Source of the DNA: Euglena gracilis
Lineage: Eukaryota
DNA: 64,000 nucleotides
Reading direction: 5' to 3'
Assembly (NCBI GenBank): GCA_039621445.1
Contig: CP154954.1
Coordinates: 7,079,425-7,143,424 of the forward strand
How positions within the stretch are numbered: the stretch's first letter is position 1; every line of letters begins with the position of its first letter. Positions 40,007 through 49,816 of this stretch are shown piece by piece. Below the pieces are notes generated by a model. It made no database searches. It saw nothing but the letters and a program-made list of their open reading frames with translations, and was not told where the DNA came from. The translations under genes were made by a program, and so were the position numbers.

Positions 40007-41365
40007 TGGATGTGATTCATAAGCTGGATGTCATCTGGTTGCGGCAAGACATCACAGAAAATTTTTTAGTATTTTGCCGGGAGCACGCTGCATATTGATT
40101 TGGGTTTAAAATGATGATGGTTGGGTGGGCATGGGACTTGCCAAGGCTCTGTAATGACCGGAAATTCACATGCTGACGGCTTTTACGCTTGTTATGCCAT
40201 CCACCTGTTGACCGCATCTCAACCCAAATCCCAATTCATGTTTTTTGTTTATCCCCGGCGTGGGAGGGGGTTCGTCCCTGGGCATTCATGTGCGAGAATG
40301 ATCAAGTTTTTGAAGAACTCAATTTCTGGCTGCATAGCACCCGCCTTGTTCGCATGGACAACCGGCTGGCGGCCGAGTGGCCCTGAACGATAACCCACCG
40401 CCCGCCTCTCCCCCATGACACTCGCCGTCCCTGAACCCAACCCTCCCCCTCCCGCTGTAGTTATTCCGCCCATTTGTCCCGGGGCTCCTCCGGGCCCCGG
40501 TCCCGCACTGCGCGGCTCAGTGCGTCGTCGAAAGCGTTGCGAGGCCCCCTTTCGCTCGCCGACAGGGCGTCAGCCCTGCGGGCTGGCGGCGGAGGGGGGC
40601 TGGCCACCTGAGCGAAACCAACCATCTCCGCGAGCTCATCTGGCCACCTCGATGCTGTCCACCCAAAATCGTCCTGCGTGCAATCAAGGTTCTCTAACAC
40701 CCACTTACCCTCCTCGGTCGCAGGACATTTTTCAGAGTTTGGCCAGATTTTCAGTGTGTTGCAAATCCCGTCTTGAAAAAGTTTTCTGCCAAAAATCACC
40801 TTATGCTTAAAATACCATTTGGGGCACCATATTTTGGCGATTTGTGGTGTTTGAAAAAGGGGGGGATAATTCCCATATTGTGGTTTGCAAATTTGGGAAA
40901 TTGCCTGGGGTGCACCTGTGTCGTAAAGTTGAGCCTCCATTTCGGTTTGGGGAATGTGTGCATGGGTTTGGGAGATGGGTGATTGGGGGGGTTGAAAAGC
41001 TGGTTATGTGCGTGTGGGGGGTGCCAGTAGGTGGTGGTGTGCATGCCATGGTTATGTTTTGAGCATAGTTGGAAGGAAGAGTGAGTACGTGCAAGAGTTG
41101 CTTACAAAGGTATTCATAACCCACTCCACTCACCCGGCAGGTTTGGTTGCAGGTTTTTTTTGATTGAAAGCCAGAGGAATCCCTTCAACGGTTGCTAACA
41201 AAAGAACATTGCTGTGCATTGTCTAATGAGGGTTTGTGTGTGAATGGATGCTCAATCCCCCGATAATTTCTTGTCCTGATGACGATTTGGCGCGTCCCTG
41301 GCAGGGGCATGTTTCCATTGCCCCTGCGCCGCGTGTCCCATTTCCCACCCTGCGCCCCCCCCCCC

Positions 41366-41379
41366 CCCAACTTTCGCAG
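41366..41379 (+). promoter_or_regulatory. Candidate splice acceptor (cis or spliced-leader trans) just upstream of the b561 start codon
   Basis: Pyrimidine tract plus GCAG 12 nt before the ATG, conserved in copy B (CCCTTTGCAG ending at 55438). Confidence 0.45.
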
Positions 41380-41391
41380 GGGCTGTTGAGA

Positions 41392-44300
41392 ATGCAGTTT
41401 GCCGCACAGGCTCCGGAGGTTGGGCAGGCGGAGTACTTCACGCCGACGCCGGAGGTGTACGTGTACCCGGAAGAGCCACAATGTGAGGTGGGGAAGTGGC
41501 CCGAAGGTATGCTCCACTCCTGTCCTTCTGTGTTTCACTCTTGTTCGTATCCGTGTCTCAGTGAATTGACTTTTTTCTTAATTTCAATTTTGATTTGTTC
41601 ACAGGGTATAATGCAGCAACACGATGGTGCAGGAGTGTTCCTGTTTTGAAAGGAATGCAATAATTTTCAGAATTGTAGAATACTTTGTTCCACACGCTTT
41701 TTCATTTGGACAGGCTAATGCTCTTCTTGTTGCATTTCTGCAGAATCCCTTTTTGTGACTCCACAGAGGGCCAGCCAGAAGTACTCCCAGCCTCCCACCC
41801 GTGGCATTGGTGGCGGTGGGTACTGTGGACCAGACCAACATTTGGTGGCAGTCACCAAAGATACCGCAGGCAAATTATTCCATGTTATATTTCAATTAAT
41901 GCATTCATTTTTTCTTTTGTTCGGAATTAATACATTCGTGCTATTTTTATTATTTATTTGAAACAAATTGCACGTTTCAGCTTATGTATATTTGATGATT
42001 TTTTTTAACACGCAGTAATACTCAATGTAATTTCCTCCTTCCCCATCTCCAAGGGCCACCCCGTCCTGACCCATGGCTTTTATATTCTTTCAAAGAGCAT
42101 TCTTTTGTGTCCTTTTGTGAGATATTGCTTTACATTTCGCCATTATCATCAGAATGTTTTAACGAGATTTTTTTGATTTCTCCCCCACTTATTGTTCCCG
42201 CCGTCCAATGTCCAGCACCTCCCTCCCTTCCCTGGTTATGGCGGGATTTATTAAAGGATGGACCCTGGGGGACAGGGAGGGTCGGTGGGTCCGCCCACCC
42301 CCCGGGGGGTTGCTTCCAAGTGCGTTGTGGGTCCCCCACAAGGTTCTGGCTTTTTTGCCTTTTTTTTTTCGGTGCAAGGGCTCCAAATTTTTTTGACCCC
42401 ATATTTGACCTCAAAAATGCCCCCCCCAGGGTGGAGGGGCGCTCTTTGGGTGGGCGGGGTTCCCCCTGGTGTCTGTCTTATGACCACATTTCCGGTGTAC
42501 CCAACCAATGGACCGGGGGTGGGTATTTGTTGGCCCTGGACGCCCGATCCGATCCCCCGATCCCCCCCTAACGTCGCCTCTGCAACGCTGGCCTGAGGTG
42601 GGCGCTGCCCCGCTTGCTGCTCGTGCCCTTCCTCGCCCTGTTCTTCCTGTGGGTGTTCAACGCCGAGGGGGGCGTCGGGCTCGACGCCTCCAGCCTCTTC
42701 GGCCTGCACGCCGTGCTGATGGTCGTCTTTGTGCTGCCCAGACCCCCGGCCCCCACCGATGGCTCATGGTGCAATGTGAATGTGCAGCGAATGAGTCTCA
42801 GGCGTGAATATTTTTTTGGAAAATCGTATTGGGCAGCATGTTGAGGGGGAAGGGGCGCGCGTCACGCAAACTATTTCTTATAGTCTTTTATGTTTCTTAT
42901 AACACATTTTTTCTAGCAAAAATTATTACTTGAATTTCCAAAAAAAAAAAGGTTGCCATTCTTTCAGTTTCCTCAACACAAAGCAGGGGAAAGTGCTTGG
43001 GAAAAAACCTAAAAAAAAACTGGTTGAACGCAATGAGAAATATTTTGCGGCAATATAGCTCTATACTATAAATAATATATATTTAGCTCTATAATCATAC
43101 CTACCCCCCCCCCCCCGGAAAACTGTCATGCCCGAGAACCTGTCAGGGTCCCGCCCGGGAAACTGTCAGGGTTCCCCGGTACCGGCCAACCTGTCAGTAT
43201 AGGAAGTTGTCAGGGTCCCCGGTACCGGCCACCCTGTCAGGGTCATTTTTCATTGACTTTCCCTTGAAGTGCCCTACCCGGGAAACTGTCAGGGTCCCGC
43301 CCGGGAAGCTGTCAGGGTTCCTGGTACTGGCCAACCTGTCAGTATAGGAAGTTGTCAGGGTCCCCGGTACTGGCCAACCTGTCAGGTGACAGTTTCCCGG
43401 GGGGGGGGGTAGGTATCAAAGGTTATTTTTTTTATAAAATTAATTAATAATTTTAATAATATATATATGCATAATTGATAATTGTAATATTATTAATATA
43501 ATCATATAATTAATAATGAATATAAATTTAATTAATTTTTAATATTTTCTAGGCTTTATGTGATTTTTTGGGGGGCTGCATTAACCATTTTCTAGCTGAG
43601 GCTTCACAGAGAGAAGCCAAACACCGGTCGATAACTATGGGAAAATATGTGGGGATTTCAGCGATTTTACCATTTTTGTCTATGGTAATTTTTGTTTGTC
43701 ATGCATTTTAGAGTTCACGCATAATTCTTCGAAGTGGTTGCCACCGACGTAAGGGTTTTCGCCAGCATACTTTTATTGGTGTATCGTTCCTGAACTTTTT
43801 TTTGGATGTTTGATGTATGACTGGCTGGGGCCTTGTTCCGATCTGCATGCAGGAGGCCCTCCTTGTCTATTCCGTTCCACTTTTCGGGCCTCTGCCGGTT
43901 CCCCGAGCTGCCTCCAAGTGTGCCGCCCCCAACTCGACGTGGCTGTGCTGCGGCGAAAATGAATGGGAGGCTGGCCAGTGTTGAGGCCGGGGGTTGCTTA
44001 ACACGGGTGTTGCGTAACGCGCAGAACCCCAACGTTTCCGCAATCAAAGCTGCAGTACCCCCCCCCCCCTATGTCCAACGACCACCCCCCCTCGGTCAGG
44101 ACACCTTTTCGGAGGTTTGATTTTTTTTGCAGGTGTCTGGAAACCGGAGGTTTGCCAGCCCTGAAAGGCTTTTCTTCCGCCCTTCGTTTGCATTTTCTTT
44201 GCATGTTCTCTTGACCTGATCTCCGCAACAAAATCGTCCAAGGATGTCAGTTCTGGGTGCTATTTAAGTAAATATTTGTTGACAGGGCTGGAAATGGGGC

Positions 44301-47300
44301 GCAAAGCGAAGTTTTGGGGGGGTTTCCGCAAAAAAAAAATCCCGACCCTGTGTCCAACGACCACCCCCCCTGTCAGAGGACACCTTTTTGGTCACTACCC
44401 TATGTCCAACGACCGCCCCCCCCCCCTGGTCAGAGGACAGAGGGTACCGGTCGTTGGACATAGGGGGGGGGAGGGGGGTAAGGTGGGTTGGAGTGGGACC
44501 AGGATCAGTGTCTAGTAAATTGGCTGGCCAGGGTCCTCAACCAAAAAGCTGAGTGGGACAGACATTTATTCTACCGTTGAAATATACCAAATGTTAGGCG
44601 ACTCATCTTGCTATTAAGTTTTTTTTCTGGTTGGTTTGTTTTCATCTCCGCCTCCTGGGCCTCACATCACATCCTGCTCGCATTTTTGGATTTTTGGGGT
44701 CATATCTTGTCATTTTCACAGGGGGGGGGAAATTTATATCCGCAATTTTTCCGCAATTTCCGCAAATTTCCGCAATTTCCGCAATTTTCCGCAATTTTCC
44801 GCAATTTTTCCGCAATTTCCGCAATTTTTCCGCAATTTTTCACCGTTTTTTTGAAGAATTTTTTCCCCACCACCGAAGATGGAAGATGCAATGAGTTCAA
44901 GCCATTCTTCAAATGGATCAACAGGTGTGCTATTGTGTTTTGTTGTCCCCCCCCAGTTTACCAATTTTTCTCACAGGTGCACCACTGGTCACAGGATTGG
45001 GTGCGTCCCACCTGTGCAAAGAACATCAAGCGTGTTGATTTGTGCTCGCCTGCATCGACGTGGGTGTTGCGGTGTTCTGAACCTCACAATTGAAAATTTT
45101 CTAAGTCCCCCCAAGCAGAAATGTGTATACCCGATATCAATTTTTCCGCAATTTTTCCGCAATTTCCGCAATTTTCCCGCAATTTTTCCGCAATTTTTCC
45201 GAAGGCCTCCGATATCAATTTCCCCCCCCTGATTTTCATAATAAAAAAAATGTCGATGTGCGCATTTGCGCACATCGGCAAAGAAAAAAAGTGCGAGATG
45301 CGCTGCCTGAGCAAATCTCCGACTGCATTTCCCTCAGCCTCTTTTCATTTCCCTGTTCCCTAGCTTGGGGCATGAAAGGAAAGCATCAGTTTCTCTGCAA
45401 AAAAAAACACTGAATTTTGGCAAATTGATTGGAACAGCAAACTTACGGCAATATCATCCCAAAAATGAAGTGTCAGCAATCCACACAATTTGGAAAAAAT
45501 GAATGCCTGTGTTGATGTTAATTTGGTTTTGTTTAGATTTTGTTTTGTTTAGTTTGAAAATATTATTCCCCAAACAATATATTGTAAATATAAATTATAC
45601 AATTATACAAAAATACATATGTATGTATGTATAATATAATATCAATGAAAATGCTTCAAGAGGTTGTAAAATGAAGAATTTGGCTGCATTTATCATGTAT
45701 GGATGGATGGGAGTAAGGGAAGCAGCTGGGCAGGCGGTCAGGCAAGCAGGAAAAAAAAATGAAGAAGGCCTTTGTGCGGTGGGCTTTTGGCCTCTGGCCT
45801 TCATTTTTTCCAGGGCTTCCCGGTTCCATAAGGTGCTCCCGCGCAGGGCCGTCCACGCTTTCTTCCACCTCGCCGGCCTGGGGTGCGCCGTTGGGGGGCT
45901 GGTGGCCATCGTGTCCTACAAGCGCCAGAACGGCGACAACATCTACCCGAACTACCCGGTGTACACCCCCCACTCCTGGGTGGCCATTGCCTTCCTCGCT
46001 TTGTGGACCATGGATTCATTCAACACCCGTGTGACCCCACCCTCCGGGCGGTAAATGGGTTTTTGTGAGTGGGTGGGTGAGTTGGGGCCTCTGAACCATC
46101 TCAGGGGGGTGGGGTACACTACGGGGCAGATTTTGTCCGAGCCAAAGTCCGTGCCGGAAAAACGTGTTTTCGGCTGATATTGACTGGATTTTGGAAGTTA
46201 GATTTTGGTGGGTGGTTTTGGGCCTAGGGAAAAGGTCCTCCCCCAGAGTCACGAAGTGAATCTATGTTGTAGACCCTCCAGCTGCTGGGAGCAAGCCACT
46301 GCCACGCATGGTGGTGTCAAATGAGGGATAACTGTGCAATCGAATGCACCTTTTCTTCAAGATGTTTGTTTTTTTTTCAGTTTACAGTTGCTTTCTTAAA
46401 GCTATTGAGTTTGAACATTTGACTACAAGACGACTTGCATTTCCACCAGTGAGATTATTAGTTCTGCAGTTAATTTGGGGGGAATGAAAAACCACTTTTT
46501 TGTGTAGCTTTTCTCTCCGGTCCAGAGAGAAACTGCATGATTTGATTCACAAACCTGTCTATCCGAAGCAATTACCACGCCTTTCTGGCCGAGAACCCAT
46601 TATCAGGAAGTATGTCACCACTGGTCATGGTGACTTAACTGAAATTGTTGTGTTTCGTCCCATAGCAGTTGCAGTGGCTTGTCGTGGAGGTGCTGTTGTT
46701 TTTGCTCTCATCAAGGATGAGCAGATCAAGCAACGATGCAGGGCCACCACCCATCTCATGATGATTTCTTTTTTTTTGTCTGCACACGTACACCTATGCC
46801 GCCGAACTCAGAATTACAGAAACATGAAAGTATTTGGTTGAAACATTTTTGTGTCTGATGTCTTTCTAATAAGACAAAATTCATTTAAGTCTGTTGATTA
46901 TTTGCCTTTGTTTATTTGTTGGGGGGGGTAGACGTTCAATTAACCCAACTGCAAATCTCGCGTGGAATATTCACTTTTCGGATTCTCAAATTCTCAAAAA
47001 TAATTAACAGGTGCATTTTTGCACATTTTAGAAATGCAAAAAAAAGGTTCCTTGGGTTGAATCCGACATCTGCGGTTCACCTGCATAAGGGATCCCACCT
47101 TCAAATGGGGACTTCAAACGTGCCCTTAAGTGCGGACATTGAAGAGTTTCTTTTCAACAGTTGGCTGCAACTCGCTGACTGGTGGTGTTGATGTTGGTTA
47201 CGGGGTTCCCCTTCTGCCCCCTCACGCGCTGGAGCCAGTTTGCTACCAGAGGCTGTTGATAATCCTATTAATGACCAGGAGAGTTTGGGGCAAAGAAGTC

Positions 47301-49400
47301 CCCCCGGTGGGGGGCAAATGGGAATCTGCCGACCTCATTTTACACTCTAAGTTTTTAATTCAGATGGATCTGGCCACCCGGGCTGAAAGTGCCAAAAGCT
47401 AAAAAAGTTGCAGTCTGCCAAACCGTTTCATCCCCAACCCGGCATTTTTTTCCAGCCAACTCTTCTCAGCCGGCTGCCGGAATTCCGCTGGGGGACCCCA
47501 CCATCTCCGTTTCCTGTGTGGGGGTTTAAATGCCCTCGACAGAGAAGTAACCCCGAATTTTTCGAATTTTGATCGGGATTGGCGGTGCGGGCGACGTTCC
47601 ACCGCTTCTTCGGGAACGTGACCTACGGGGTCGGCCTCGCCACGTGTGCCTTGGGCTTCCAGGACATGCAGTCCAGCGACCTCTCGTGGCTGGCAACCAG
47701 GGACTGCTTTAATAATACAACATATATTCTATTATATGTTTATTGTATTATTATATAATATTATAATAATATAATATACAATATTATATTATATTATATA
47801 TTTATATATATTTTTTAGATATTGATTTAATAACAATATCGAATATTCATAATTAATTTGGACATCACAGACGCTTCTTCTAAGAATTGGTTTTCTGTAA
47901 AATGTATTTTTCAAAGTCCCATCCCCCACCAGGTCCCCTGCGCTGCTGAATAAAAGTCTCTGCGTCCGATGCCCAACATGACGGACGCAATGGCGTCCAT
48001 GGCGGGCATGGACATGGACATGCCCGACATGCCCACGGGCTACCAGTACAACTCCATCCTGGCCTGCTACGCCAGCGCCTGCAGACCACGGTGGCTGCAA
48101 TTATATGTGACTGATCCCTTCCTACCCCCCCCCCCTTGTCCAACGACCGGGCTTGTCTAACGACCACCCCCCGGTCAGAGACGATCTTTTTGTATACGAT
48201 GTTGGTTCAGTACTGCGAAAAAATTGTGTGATTTTATTTTCGGTTTAGTTGCATTTGCATGTTCCAGTGATGCTTTTTTTTTCGATTTGTTTGGGATTAA
48301 CACCCTAAAATGGCAGAAAATGCCAAAACAGCACAAAAAAAGGCCAAAAGCTCCCCAAAATGGTTACAAATCACCCCAAAATGACTGAAACGTATGGAAA
48401 GTGTGAGATTGTTCCAAACGGCTGAAATTTGATTACAGTTGGCCAAAAATGGGCAAAAATGGCCTGAAATTGGGCAAAAAGTGGCCCAAAATTGCCAAAC
48501 GTGGCCAAAAGTTGCCCAAAATGGCCAGAAGTGGCCAAAAAATGGCTAAAGAAACCAAAAATGGCCAAAAGTGGCCAAGAATGACTAAATGAAACCAAAC
48601 GTGGCAAAAAATGGCCAAAAGTGACCCAAAAATCCCAAGAGTGGCCAAACAATGGCCAAAAGTGGCCAAAAAAATGGCAGAAGTCGCCAAAAATGCCGAA
48701 AATAGCCCAACGTTGTCCAAAATGACCAAATACCCCCCATATGTGGCCAATTTATTGCCGACCTGGGGCCCACCCCCCTTGTCTAACGACCACCCCCCCT
48801 GGTCGGCGACGAACATTGGCCAATTTAGCGACCGCCCCCCCGGTCGGAGACGAACATTAGTGGTTGTTGGACAAGGGGGGGGGGGGAGGTAAGGGAAATT
48901 ATCTTCCCTGAGAAACTGTCGTTTCACCGACGTTTTGGGCTGCAGTGCCCGGGGACAGTTTCCCGAGAGGGGCATATTGTTTATCAAAAGGAGAAGAACA
49001 AAGTTTGGAATTTCACTACATACTGCTCACCCCATTGTTGGCCCACTAGGTGCAAGGATCCTCCACACTCATCAACATCACGCACTCGCAAAGAAAAAAG
49101 AATTGGTTTGCTTTAAATACCCGCGTTCAATATTTCCCCCAAGCTTCTTTTTTGTGCAGAGCTAAATTTTGTAACGGAAGGATTTTGGAAACCCAAAAAA
49201 ATTTCTGGCCCTTCGCTCCAGGGTTTTTCTCCCGGGGGGGGGTGGCACCTCCCCCCTCCTTTAATACCCTGCTCACAAGGCATGAGGGGCAGAGCAAGTC
49301 CGGGCCTCTCCGCATCACATCCATGTCCCAGCCATTGTGCGACTGTCTGTTGCTGGTGTTCATCGGGATCGCCACGTTCTTTGTCCAGCTTTTCAAGTGA
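41392..49400 (+). CDS. Cytochrome b561 family di-heme transmembrane reductase with Met-rich loop, copy A
   Basis: Exons 41392-41506, 41767-41831, 42596-42735, 43840-43917, 45847-about 46010, one unresolved short exon near 47460-47500, 47586-47694, 47968-48083, 49345-49400. Four heme-ligand His occur in b561 context: FGLHAVLM..QEALLVY, KAVHAFFH, YTPHSWVA, TFHRFFG. Introns 41507-41766 and 43918-45846 are GT-AG; the resolved others are non-conventional. Confidence 0.87.
43100..43413. mobile_element. MITE-like element (CTGTCAGGGTCC family), copy-A-specific
   Basis: TIR CCTAC(n)GGAAAACTGTCA / TGACAGTTTCCCG(n)TAGG with TA on both sides; about 11 TGTCA motifs; absent from the homologous intron of copy B. 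Confidence 0.85.
44058..44478. mobile_element. MITE (GTCCAACGAC family) with TA target duplication and a visible empty site
   Basis: GCTGCAG-TA-[element]-TA-AGGTGGGTTGGAGTGGGACC in copy A vs GCTGCAG-AA-AGGTCGGTTGGAGTGGGACC at 57433-57461 in copy B. Confidence 0.92.
44719..45231. mobile_element. Non-autonomous TIR element with 7-bp TSD and CCGCAATTT arrays
   Basis: TIR CAGGGGGGGGGAAATT / AATTTCCCCCCCCTG; ATTTTCA directly repeated at 44712-44718 and 45232-45238; tandem CCGCAATTT(T) near both ends. Confidence 0.88.
48125..48889. mobile_element. MITE-like element (GTCCAACGAC family, subfamily A) with internal TGGCCAAAA tandem repeats
   Basis: TA-flanked; ends match 34878-35317; degenerate AAGTGGCCAAAA array at about 48440-48730. 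Confidence 0.85.
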
Positions 49401-49583
49401 GTCGTGCGACTTAATGATTTGCTTGACTCCCACTCTGTGCTTAAGTGATCTGCCTCCCCTCTGCCTAGCTGGAGGCTGATGCCTGCCTCGCTTGGTGCAC
49501 CCCCATTGTCTGCAGATTGTCTGTTTCCTGCCGAAAGTTTGGGCCGACAAACACACTGCTTCGCTGAACACCCATATTTTTCT

Positions 49584-49584
<1 letters not shown>

Positions 49585-49681
<97 letters not shown>

Positions 49682-49783
49682 CATGTATATGTATATGTAT
49701 ATGCACATGTATATGTATATGCACATGTATATGTATATGCACATGTATATGTATATATATATATATACATATATATAGACATA

Positions 49784-49815
<32 letters not shown>
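49585..49815. repeat. (TATATG)n hexanucleotide plus (TA)n microsatellite
   Basis: Directly visible; absent from the homologous position of copy B. Confidence 0.97.

Positions 49816-49816
<1 letters not shown>

Noticed and set aside
46252-46850. Block shared with 59187-59800 as a hidden exon or nested gene
   Set aside because: Substitutions are scattered and stops differ between copies; consistent with ordinary intron sequence predating the duplication.
49398-49400. TGA as selenocysteine or read-through
   Set aside because: No SECIS-like element recognised; a plain stop or a GTGAGT donor explains it.
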